The position numbers and the translations under genes are program-made. From Amphiscolops sp. MND2022 (taxonomy: Eukaryota), in the NCBI GenBank assembly GCA_964187785.1, contig OZ076410.1, positions 69,192,001 to 69,256,000 on the forward strand: a stretch of 64,000 nt of DNA, read 5' to 3'. This document shows, piece after piece, positions 36,620-48,269 of this stretch (positions are counted from its first letter, which is position 1; every line of letters begins with the position of its first letter). Below the pieces are notes generated by a model. The model was not told where the DNA came from. It made no database searches and saw only the letters and a program-made list of their open reading frames with translations.

Positions 36620-39600
36620 GCCACACAAACAATAGATACACAACAGTGGCAACAAACACACAAAACTAGGATCACTTACAATAAATCAAAAATAACAAAG
36701 TCCCAGTATATCAAAAATGCAGTTGCATGCGAGAACTTTTTTCTGTGTACGACATCAGATTCTTTGTCTTCATTGGAACCGTTCTTTTGATTCTTTTTAC
36801 TACTTCTCGGTTTCTTTGGAGGTCCAGGCTTCCCAACATCTTTTTTGCTGACCGACGTCGCAGGAATAAAAACCCGTGATGATGCTGCTCCACCTTCACT
36901 AAATTTAGACACAGAGCTGAACTTGTTACTCGCTTCTGACCCGGAAGTTCCAACATTTGCACGAGCGAGGCGGCTAGCCCTATTACTATCCTTGTAAAAA
37001 CTTTCGGAAGACTTACACCGTTACAGTAAAAACGCACAAAACAGTTTCTGATAGTCCGCAATAAATGAATTCACAACACGATCACAAAAATCTTTCCAAT
37101 CGTCATCCCAGGTGTAATGAAGAACACCCCGGCATTTGCGATGGCACTCCGATCAGCATCTAGAGTCCAACCAGTGAAGAAGAGCTGGTGATCATACCCC
37201 GCACTCATCACGTAGGTCTGCATTGATCGCAAACATCATTGAAAAGCGGCTTCACTCAACAAGCTGCCACTTAGCTGAAAAGATTCCTGTGCATACGAAA
37301 CACGAGGCAAACCAATAACTAGGCAGCATAACTTCAATACACGACAAACGTCCGGGCGTGAATGAAAATTAAAATCACGTAGGAAGTACTGGACTATATC
37401 GATGCCTGTGGGATCGACATCTGACTTCTCGTGTTGTATCGTCTTATCTACAACGTAACTACTAAACTGTGCAACTACTTAATTTGACTCATCACAAGAC
37501 AACAGCCCACAAGTAACCAGCACTTTTGTCAGATCAGCAAACAAAGAAAAAAACAGCATGCTCATCACCCTCCAGTAGCATCTCAGGACTAAAACTACAA
37601 AGCCCCTTTGCGACTTTTGAGGACACACTTGAATTGCCCAGCACAACCGTATTCAATCGGTCCAGAAAGTCTCGACGTTGTGCACGGAATTCCTGAGCTT
37701 CAGTTGTCTTACCCGCGGACAGCTCACGTCAAAAATCACATTTGTCCAGAAACATGTCGATATAAGCAATCGCATAGGCAACAAAGTTCTCCACTTCCAT
37801 GTAATCCTTCCAATCATGAATACCGGGGAGAAACGATGGCACTCGAGTTTTCAACAACAAACAGTAGATAAAGTTGCACATCTCACTGTATCCATGGAAC
37901 CCGTATTCGCTTCGTCGCTGACGCAATTTCACGAATTTGATATGAGCTAAATCAACAGCAAACTTACAAAAAGAAGAAAACTTGCTGACAACTTAAAAAA
38001 AGACACGATCCAAATACTATAACCGTCAATCAAACGAAACAGACACACTCAGGACAACCGAGACAAACCGCAGCAAGCCAAAACGCTGCACGATCATATT
38101 ATCGGCAATTAAATGCCAATCTGTCCCCGTCATCTGACAAAAGAAATACATACGGATAACCCGATGATAAGAAAGAGCCCACACAAAATCTCGAACTTAT
38201 ACTAACACTAGCGGCCTTGCCCAGTGCCTCAGGATTCATGGTACACCGGATGTAAGGACGAATTGATGGCCAAAAATCAATCAACTCTGTCAACAGCTCA
38301 CAAGACTCACTGAAATTGACAGATCCTTTCCGGAGACTTCTGCGCAGAACGATATTGTCTTCAGTCCATTCCCCATAGACAGCGTGTTTGAGTCGGACGA
38401 CAACGTACTCCACTATGATAGTAATTTCCACCATCCCTAATATGTCTTCATGTGCTTGCCGGATACATTGCAAAACGACCTTCAGTGAAACCTTGAAACA
38501 CTACAAAACGACGACCATCCGTACAGTTATCGCCCACCACTTTCCGCAAACTGGGACTACCTCCATGAACAGCAAGTGGCATTTGCGTTTTGTCCAAACT
38601 GAACAACTCGTGACAAAGGTACCAATTCCGACTTGGAGACGGGCTGATATAGTGGCTCACTCCCTACAGAGACTTTCTTCAGATGCCTACACAGACTTTC
38701 TCCTCAATTTGCACACTGTACACACTTAAAGGTAGCATTGCCTGTGGTCAATAAGCGAACCACTTGCGGAGCAAGACTTTGTCAAAGGAAGGACTGAAAC
38801 AACAAGGATAACCAATGAAATACAATCGCGGAAAACAATCGCGGGATCTCCCAAAGACAAAAAAACGTTAGTAACTTACCACGGTCTCAGATCGCCTCCA
38901 ATTAAAGAAAAATCGGGTTTCTGTTTCCCAACGAGAGACAGAATTGGCTCCATAGACGTCGGAACAAGGCAAAGTCTCTTCCGCAACGCAACAGGTCACA
39001 CAAACAGCCCTCGAATGTCATGAAGGGCACCTTCGAGTCCACACCGTAGTGTTTTGGAAGTAGCTCTTCAGGATAGGGATATCCCTCACCCAACTCCACG
39101 AAAGGCTTCGCACTCGCTTATCCGCTTTTGCAGTAAACTCAGTAAAACCTACAAAAAACACATACCGGCATAACCCCGAAGAGGCAAAAGAAGAAAGGCA
39201 GACGCAAAAACAACATGTAACAAAGAAGCCACTACAATTATAAAAACCACCAACAACCATTTACCATTTCGAATGGTCCGGATAGTCCGGGAATTGACTT
39301 CTTCGACAATCTGCTCCGGACTCAGGAGCATCCAATTTTGAAGACTCAAAGCCATGTCTAACAAGTCTTCGTCATGACCTATAAAACCATTACCCACATA
39401 AAACTAATTTACCCGAACGGTCTTCGAACCCCATTGCTTTATGTTGCAATAAAAAACAAAACTAACTATTCCACCCTCAGGGCGCAGGAGTTGGTTGTGG
39501 AGGCGGAGGAAGAGCAACTTTCTTAGCACGTTTGGGAGGCGTCGAAAAACTCACAGTGAGGGTTTGGCCTCGACGAGCTGATGAACCTACTACAAATTAA

Positions 39601-40974
39601 CGCCCGATATATACCAATTTACTCAATCAAAATCAACATACAATCCAAATACATTTACAAAGTACTAACCCGTTTCTTCTTCGGAGGGGGAATCACTCTC
39701 ACCTTCATGAGACTCAACATCGAGTTGGCATCGAGAACTGGACCCAACTATCTCCTTCGTAGGAAGAAAAAGTTCAGGGGTCCTGGGGAATGTTGTATTT
39801 TCAGAAGTGGCCTCGGGAACTGAAGGATAGACAACTGACAACAAAATAGAAGCCGGTGGCAACACGGCAGCAAGAACTCCCGCGAGCTCCCCGGAACAGT
39901 GGGAGAAATATTAGGTTGAGTTACTGAAAATCAAGATCCGGATTCAGATGCGTCAGGGAATCGGGTAGGACTAACTGGCTGAGCATCAAAAAACAGTCCA
40001 ATTACCCATGGAATTCGGAAAGATTTTGCCAACTTGAAGTGGAAAGTCCATTCACTCCCTCCGAAAGAAAGACGTCATCATCAGAATAATTGTAGGTCGT
40101 TTCATTTCCACTCACAAAGCCAGTGGTAGCAACCACAGGACGAACAGATTACTATTCTCCCATCTCCAGAAACAAGGAACAACTGAAGATTCTTCAAAGC
40201 AATCTAAAAAAGAAAAAATATTTCCAGAAAAACTCAAGAAACAACGTTTTGAAATAGTGATGTCACACGGACGTAATTTCTCGGAGGAAAAAAGATGACA
40301 TCACAACGACGTAGCTGAAGAAGAAACGAAGGTTAACTCAAGACTTTCTTCCTTCTTCATATTTCGGCCAATCACAGCACAGAAAGAAGCAAAACGCTTT
40401 CAAAAAGTCAGGGCGGACCGGAACGAAGCAAGGAAATCAACCAACAAACATACAGCAAAGATCAAGGAAAAGAAAACCAAACTGTCATTTGTCGTCGAAG
40501 TATCACAAAATTCAGCTTGATTAGCCAAGTTTCCAAATAAAAAAGTTTTTAACCTTCACAAAACAGAAAAGACAACATGGGAAGTCTCACCACGTGTCAT
40601 CACCTCATCGTAGACATCTCGTCTGATGAAGGTGAGGAGTACTTCGAACAGAGCACTCCAATAAAAACATGGCTAGTAAACATGGTCATTTGCTAGTCTC
40701 ACTCTGAGCGGATACTCAATCTGAGCGGGGCGTCAACAGGAGCCCAGAAAGTAAATAAAAAACAATTAAACAGTTCATCCGTAAACTTAAACCTATCGAA
40801 TGCCTCGGCTTCAACTTTTGAACCCGGAAACTCGGGATAGACAGATTCCCCGAAAGGATCGCTTCTAACGAAAGGATCGCTTCTAACGAAAAATCGCTTC
40901 TTCACAAAGCAGATTCTTTGAAGAACCAGAATCCCGTTGCACGACCCCTTCCATGCCGTTGCACAACGTGCCAT
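36620..40974 (-). pseudogene. E2 antisense multi-exon gene, homolog of the E1 antisense gene
   Basis: VELGEGYPYPEE resembles E1 VDIGEKLPYYHE; LFRRLWSQF...FNWRRSETV resembles LLRGLWKDV...FNWGKERLS; VYSVQIEE resembles FYAMEFEV. Candidate start is MARCATAW at 40974. Several GT-AG introns. Confidence 0.65.
38794..38879 (-). other. Phase-0 intron (86 bp) in the E2 antisense gene, same position as in E1
   Basis: GTAAGTT donor after FNWRRSETV; ccttgttgtttCAG acceptor. Confidence 0.75.
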
Positions 40975-41397
40975 GAAGCGAGGGATCCACCGAGACGCAA
41001 GAAATTTCGGACACAGGTATGGAAAATACTATTAAAGCTTGCAAAGTCTACTTACCGTACAGCTAAGTATTTTGTAGATAGTTTTTCCAGGTAACAAAAT
41101 CTACGTAAGCGTTACGGAACAATTTTAGGAAATGATTTTAACCTAGCTAAAACTTCAGATTTAACATTTTTTACGTGATCATTTTATTTCCGTTTTATCT
41201 TTTGAACTTCACATGCGGATCTAAATAGCAAAACAGAGACAAATTACGTAACGGCTATTCGGCTCTTCCTTTTCCACCCTGAATTGAAAACATCAAAGAG
41301 AAAATATTACTCTGTAATCACAACGGAATTCATACAATCTAGAATAAAAAGGACATACAGAATAGTACAGTGGATTGTTCTTCGGTTTTAAAATAGT

Positions 41398-44300
41398 TGT
41401 CACGATTCACTTAAGTTACCGTCAAGCAATTTAAGCGAATACAACAATGTGACAGCGTCACTCCCCTAAGCTAGTAACTGGTGTCTATCTTTTTACAGAC
41501 TAATAGCGTCATCCTTCAGCCGATTTGTTTGAGCTCAGTCCAACAAGACTTGAGCTTAGTCTAATAAGAATGTCACCATAGCATTGCCGACTTTCTAAGA
41601 GAATAAGATTGAACCCCTACGCATTACGACGCCAATCGGGGAAAACCAGTGACTGCAACAAGTCTGTTGTAGTCTTATGTGGATTCTTCAACTGCATTAT
41701 AACACATGCTTTTCAAGAAATGAGAAAAGTTGAATGAAATATTTTTCTGGATTCTTGCACTAATACCGTGTGTAACCTGCGAAGAATCGCCAAAAGAAAA
41801 TTTCACTCGTTTATCTCGATTCTTGAAGTTCTGTGGATTCTTCAATGAACAATTATTAGTTTGCGTGGATTCTTCGCTATTTAGGTCACGTATTTGATTT
41901 ACTAAATCTTTGTGGATTTTTCGTTTTGTATAAATTCACCAAAATACCATCGCATCAACGAATATTTGTGGATTCTTCCTTTTGTATAATTAATTTTCGT
42001 TAGATATGTTGAAATGTTGTTCACAATATAAATTCCTTGTTTGCCTAAATCTGAAGACTTCCTATTTATTGTAATGCATTACGATACATATGCCGCAACG
42101 AACTAGCAGGATCTTGCTAGTACGATTAACAGCCAATAAAACGCGTTCTCATTTCAGATACGCGTTACGATGTTTGCTTGTTACACTGTGTGATTTGGCG
42201 TTACGCGTAGTGGTCAAAGTACAGTAAATGACTTCTTTACACTGTCTACAATTACGTACTTTGACTGGTTTTCACTTCACACATGAATAGAAGCATCTTT
42301 TGGAGTTATTTTTACCCACGGTGTGTACCAAAATGTGACTGGTTTCCACTTTCCTCTAATTACGTGCGCTCAATGATCGCAATCCGCAATTTCTGATTAC
42401 ACTGTGCATTACAATCCATGATGAACACGGTGCTCTGTTTGACTAGAATACGGTTCGCTCTCGTTTTACGGAAAATACAGTTTACACTTGATGATAATTT
42501 CCACTTTTGCGGCATATGTATTGTAATGTGAAACAAATGATCTGGTAACGACTCCAGGAGCGTTCAAGTAGAATGTCCAAAATAGATACACCCCCTGTTT
42601 GACAAATTCAAAAAACCCCTATTTCAAATAGGAAAATCCAGAAAAAAAAGAATTGATAATCATTAGTGTTTGAAGAATTCAGGAAAGCCTATGTAGAATT
42701 CAGAAAAGTGTTCATGATTTCAGAAGCGTGTTCAAGCTTTCAGAAATGTTTTCAAGAAAGGAGAAAAGTGTACAAGAAAAATCGAAATGCGAAGACTCCT
42801 CACACCAGTGATGTTACACGTGCAGCAAAAATTACCCTTAATATGAAGAATACACAAATCAATTTTCTCATTTCTTGAAAATTTCATTTTTGCATTGCTA
42901 ATATATGTGTGTGAGTTCTTCAATCAATTGGGGGGGGGGCACTGCCATTTTCTTTGAAGTGCACAACTTTTGTGAATTCTTGAAAACACATTTTGGTAGA
43001 TGAGAAAACCAACCTTTGTCAATTGTTGAAAAAATCAAAAATCTCCAGATTGGCGTCGTATTGCGCGCTTCGCTATGTCGCCGTCAGTCACCGCTCAGCT
43101 ACACCTAATCTTAATATGTACGGAGCAGTTACGGAGCGGATTGTAAAATCGTAACTACGAGTTGAACTTTGAACTAGATTTGAAAGGAGTTTTGCAAGAA
43201 ACGACCTTAAGGGAGCTTCAGCAACGGAATTGCATATGAAAAAAGTTGTACTGTGAGAAAGAATTAATTATTGAATCAAAGTTTTGAGCGTAATGATGTT
43301 TCAAGTTTTCAAATTCAGATTGCGTCAGCCTCACGTTGCAAACGATTTTCGTTCAGAGAATCGAGGTTATAAGTGCATATACGTCTATCACAACTGTAAA
43401 TTATGAATTCATAATCAATCCAAGATATGTGAGGTCGTCGTCACCAAACCGTGAATTCCCTACCTTTTTGCACTATACCCTCGGGTGAGAATATCTATGT
43501 TAATTTTATTTACTAGTGTAAATATGTACTAGTGGATACGGTTGTTAGGTGAAGTTTTTGTATTCTTTATAAGTTTTTTCAGTTACGGAAGTGTTGCGTC
43601 CGGATTTGTATTAATGTTTCAACTATTTTTTGCACTAGGTATTTGATCTGTCGTTGCAAGCCATTTCATATTTAGATGTAATCTAATCTCAAGTTCATGT
43701 TTATGATGTTTGTAACATGACACTTCAGCATCATTTGTTCCATTCCCATCACTATTGGGAATTTTACATTTCCGGAATTCTCTGCTCCGTTCTAGCTGCG
43801 TTGCCATTTTTCTGCGTGTCATTCTTTTGTCTTGAAAACTTGAATTTCCAACTTAGAGTTTGACTAATTTATCACTCCGGCGTACCTTCCTCGATGAAAA
43901 CATCAAGTAGGCTTTTGTTTTGCAATTTTGAAGCTCAAATAGGAAATGGTGTTGCCTGAAGGAAAATGATTCCAACAAATATTACGGGAAAGCGACGCAA
44001 ATAAGAATTTCGATACCTGATTTTACGGTGCACGAGTGAAATGATTTGAATCCTTAGAAACTTTTAGTGGACAAATCCGATTGTTTTGATACCTAGGAAC
44101 TTTTAGGTGAGGAACAAATGATGCTGGAAAAGTATATATAGTTAGAGAGAACATGTAAAGTTAGTTGAAACTTTTGCTGCCTTGTGAACCATTGATCTAC
44201 GTAATCGAAACGAAAAACATCTTTGACGAATTTACTATTTCCAAGGCCAATTTCCATCTTTTCAATTGAAAAACGACAGTTAGAAACTAGAAATGGGAAG

Positions 44301-44648
44301 CTGTAGCAGAATTTGCATCCGGAGATTTTGAAACTTCGACTTCTGAAAACAATCTAGTTGAAAACCTCTCTGCCGGGCCCAGTAAATAACCCAGATTTCA
44401 GACCGAAAAATCAGACGAGAACAAATCGTCCCTGAGAAGAGAAATTATGTCTGACCCTACTAAAATTCTTGCAGACAATCAAAAGGAAATAATAAAGCTC
44501 ATAACACCTGTGACTAAAAGGTCCTCAGACCACCAAGCCTATGAGAATTCTGACTCTGAGTCTGAGAATATGTCCGTGGCTCCAACGTCCACCCCTGAAA
44601 AAACTGAAGCGTCTACATCTAAAATCACCCCGATAAATAGTCGTAACA
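41398..44648 (+). repeat. E2 3' LTR (LTR-A), interrupted by a MITE; contains a gag N-terminal reading frame (...KITPINSRN)
   Basis: TGTCACG start; ends TCGTAACA at 44648, the same end as at 31471. Track ORF 44447-44722 reads out of the LTR into flanking DNA. Confidence 0.8.
41622..43063. mobile_element. Non-autonomous TIR element (MITE, 1,442 bp), CACTA/CMC-like termini, 2-bp TSD CG
   Basis: Left CATTACGACGCCAATCGG; right end reverse-complements to CAATACGACGCCAATCTG. CG on both sides. Removing it restores cctacgcg as seen in the other LTR-A at ~29976. Confidence 0.8.
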
Positions 44649-45022
44649 AGCATTTTTCAGAAATGACTGCTGTTTTTGATACGTTCGATTTTGAGATATG
44701 TCCTTTATTGCTTCTAGAATAACTACCGTAGATCCACTGTTTAAACAACCTTGCTACTACCAGGAATAAAATTCCAATTGCATTAAGAAACCAAACCCTT
44801 AGTAAATGCTTATGAAAAGCCGAAGAGGAAAAGAAAACCAGTAATTTTAATGCTTTACATAATTTTGCTCGTCATTTTGCTTGAATTGAGTGTTGATGGA
44901 ATGATAGTTTTAAGTGGAAGCAGATCGTGACTTTTTCCCGAATAATTCCAATACCTAAGTTCTAACTAGCTAGATATGTGAATGGAAATCTGGACGATGT
45001 TTCATTTAACTTACTGTTTCAG

Positions 45023-45330
45023 GAGGAAACGGGTATCGTGATCTGGAGATTAGGGGGGTACCAATTCGGGCCTACTGCAAGATGGATACAGACCCTGCTT
45101 GGACTTTCGTTGACATGAATGCAGTGTCTATGTACAAACCTGGTCGAGCGCTAGTGAAACCGAACTATGATGTCACTCTGACATGGACGAAAGTGAGAGT
45201 TAACATCACCCGGTGTCTAATATTCCTTTATAGATGGGGTACTACTTTTGCAGACTATGACAACCCCGTCACCTACCCCGACAATGAGCTCTCTTATGGC
45301 TACGCAATGGCAAGAAGTTTGTGGCGTTGA
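45023..45330 (+). CDS. Host gene exon 3: GON-like (ADAMTS GON / FReD N-terminal-like) domain; 3' boundary uncertain
   Basis: GGNGYRDLEIRGVPIRAYCKMDTDPAWTFVD...TWTKVRVNITR...TTFADYD...YGYAM resembles the YC.M..D..WT and KVR.D...FA...YG.A patterns. It may splice at a GC donor (~45310) or run to the TGA at 45330. Confidence 0.6.
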
Positions 45331-45644
45331 AATTTCCATTTTTAATTAGTGACCAATGTTAAATATTACGCGACCGAAAAAAACGGGAAAGCAAGAAAAT
45401 TCCTTCATAAAGTTCTATTCGATTAGAACATAGTTTGATGGGTCGCTTATGATGGGTAACCTTTTGAACCTCAGTGACAAAATTTGACCTACTGAAATGT
45501 TTTGATTAAAAAAATACTGACTGACTTTTTACCAAGCACTGGATCTCAGGGAAAAACATGTTTACAGCTTGACCTTGATTTGTAGATGACGCGTGATTAC
45601 TTAGTCGGCGCTTTCCTTAGGAAAAAAGAGGAGTATAGTCATGG

Positions 45645-45748
45645 CTTTTCGTCAGTGTTTTTTTCGGTAACACCTGAACTTTCCAAACTAGTTCTACAGT
45701 TCTTCAATTTTGGCAATGTCCCTTTAGCAATCTACATACTACCTTTGA
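45645..45748 (+). repeat. Direct repeat flanking the Polinton (second copy 56212-56300)
   Basis: cttttcgtcag...cacctgaact..ccaaa.tagttctacagttcttcaattttggcaat...ctacatactacctttga occurs on both sides. The right copy lacks 14 bp between two caat motifs. Confidence 0.9.
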
Positions 45749-47589
45749 CTAGTTCTACCGTAGTATAGGAAATGAGATCCCGGCCAGTGGGGTCGGCCCA
45801 GACACCAAAACTAAGTATTTTAGGGGTAGAACACCAAAAATTAGCCTTTTTTCGCTAATAAAACAACGTAAAAATCGGTGAACCATTTTGCTGTGTATGG
45901 TAATTTGTGTAGCCAAAATATTTTGGAATGAATTGTAGTGGAAACATTGAAAAAAGACTTTTGCATGGTATTGATATGAAACTTGAATACCAAATGCGCT
46001 CAAGTGGAACCAAGCGCATCACATGTTGAATTTTCCGAGACAAATGGAAAAACCGATACAAAAATCTCAAACTTGAACAAAACCGATACAAATATCTCAA
46101 AATATTTTTTTATTCATTTCACATTTTCATTCCATTTAGTGCTTGTATGCTGGATAACATTCGACTACCACTGGTATCTGAAAAATACATATATGGAAAA
46201 CGTTCATTTCTAATTTTAATACATGGGTAAAGATTACTTGCTCAATATTTCAACGGGACATTGTTCTAGGCAAAGTCCACAGAAATAAACATTTGAGTTA
46301 TTCAAAAATTACACATATACAGTTTCCGAGGGATTTCTATACAATCAACCCAGCAATAAGCACCTATCAAAACAGGTGTAAAAATGGGTTTTTCTCGAAA
46401 TTCTCGAGAATGACTCATCCCAGCGAAATGACACAAGAGATCTAAATTGTTGCCAATAACAAGATACTCATTTTTTGAAAAAAAACTTGTGTATCTTGAA
46501 CCCACTGATTACCAGGAAAGAAAACAGGTGTAAACATGGGTTTTGCCAATTGTCTCGAAACTGTGTCATCCTACTGTACCGACTCAGGAGATTAAAGTTA
46601 TAGACAACATTTATATTTTTTTTCGATCATTTTTCACTACTTGAACCCAATCAGCAACACTTTTAAAATTAGGTATGAAAAATTGGTTTTCTTCATTTTT
46701 CTCGATTTGGTCCCATCTTAAAAAGTCAGGAAAACAAACTTGTTCCTAGGGTGTGAACAACGTGTATACATTTTTCTGGACTTTCCACATTTTCATCCTC
46801 ATAAATGTCTCTGAATAAGTTTGGTTATTCTATAGAAATTTTTAAATTAAGAGAATATCAGGACCTTAAAAAGGTCTGATAAAAACTCAAGGAAAATTAG
46901 CCCAAATTTAGGAAAGATTTTGAAAATGAAATAGAAAACTTATAAACTTATCAGACGATCACAAAAAATTACTCGAGGAAAGAATACAGGCAAGCATTCT
47001 GAAAGCAAAAGTATCAGAACAATTTCAAGATAATTTATTGAATTCAAAATCAATAAAAGATATTCCCAGTTTTCAGACCTTCGAAAAACCATAATTAAGT
47101 TGAAACTAGATGTACTAGACTTAATCAACAAATGCAGTTTTGAAATGTTAACAGTCCAAAACCTAAAGTTAAATTCAAGTCCCGGCTCGTCCGGCACGAT
47201 TTCAAATGAAGTTCAAATATAATAAATCCTTATGACCTAGATCAAAATAAAATTACTATAAGCAACAACATAATTCAACTGCTATATGACGAAGGTTTAT
47301 TCAGTTGCTTTACCAACAAAGATCAAGTATTTGCAAATTATCTTACTTTTATTGAAGAATATTTACTGGGAAAGTATGGAGAAACAATACCTACTTCAGA
47401 TTTTTATTTGTCTGATTTAGAATATTCTACAAGATAACTCTTTTGAAGACATTGAAAAAAGATTCCTATATAGATACAGTTGATATGAAACACAGAATGA
47501 TGTTAACACCAACGGAAATAACTTTCCTTTTAAACGAATAAAGTTCATTTTATATGAAAAAAATATTTGAAGAAAACCGTTTTTCTTCA

Positions 47590-48130
47590 GTAATAAATAG
47601 TGCAAATACTCTATCCTTCTGCATCCGAATTATCCAGCGATGTAGAATCAATGATAAATAAGCAATTAGCAAAAGTATCCAGTGTCAATAATTCTATTCA
47701 AAATAACATGATGATAATGAAGTTTTATGAAATGGAGGAAAAAGAGATGAAAGAAAAAATATATTGAAAACAAGCTAATAAACAACCTAGTTAACTCAAC
47801 AGATGGTCTTATGAAAAAAGGAACAACTTCAAATTTCGTTACCTTATCACTTACTGGCGTTGGCATTATAGTTGTTCCCATTGCTGCAGGAGCCGGCGGT
47901 GCAACCGGTAAACTTGTTAAAATGTGATCCTCTTGGTTGGAGAAAAAAGAGCAAAATTATATCAAGAAGTATGCTTGTATTCAGAAGACACTTGCTTATT
48001 TTAGACAGTTTCATGCCGCTAGTCTAAAAGATAATCATATGGACGAAAAAGAATATCACCCCGATTCATGAATATATATGAAAGTTATCTCTACAACCAA
48101 AAAGACATCACCCATACAACAAAACTGGCT
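47590..48130 (+). pseudogene. Polinton small ORF with one hydrophobic Gly/Ala-rich segment
   Basis: Frame reads GTTSNFVTLSLTGVGIIVVPIAAGAGGATGKLVK (~47820-47925), broken on both sides. Confidence 0.45.
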
Positions 48131-48269
48131 TCGCATAATACAAACAAACGTGATAAGCAAAACAGGTTTTTATTATTAAATAATTCAATTTCAAGATAAG
48201 AAGTGAAAAAAAATTACATTCCAATATTTGAAAAAAGATTTTTTTGTTGAACTCTTTTTTCTTCAACAA

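Larger units (their letters stand above)
29751..44648 (+). mobile_element. E2: older, heavily decayed Gypsy LTR element with antisense spliced gene; protease active site and integrase core deleted
   Basis: LTR-A copies at 29751-31471 and 41398-44648 (roughly 80-85% alike by eye), PBS-like CGGTGACAGGA, gag, RT (CAQFFDD), RNase H and the C-terminal part of integrase. Confidence 0.88.
1070..45022 (+). other. Predicted giant intron (43,953 bp), about 43.4 kb of it transposon sequence
   Basis: Phase-1 donor (GTCTGA) matches the phase-1 acceptor (ttactgtttcAG, 45021-45022). The join gives a continuous KDCEDLLAAGDSGGNGYRDLEIRGVPIRAYCKMDTD motif. Confidence 0.6.

Noticed and set aside
39149-39397. 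82-aa ORF with a hydrophobic C-terminus as a membrane protein
   Set aside because: The hydrophobic half is read-through into a T-rich predicted intron (GTAAAT donor ... ttttttgTAG acceptor) of the cargo gene.
40850-40906. 18-bp tandem repeat (CGAAAGGATCGCTTCTAA x ~2.5)
   Set aside because: Simple slippage duplication in a decayed exon (gives VRSDPF twice); no independent significance.
1229-44653. Single giant element from 1234 to 44648
   Set aside because: The outer LTRs are different families and the flanks (CAATA versus AGCAT) form no TSD; it is a chain of separate elements with deletions.
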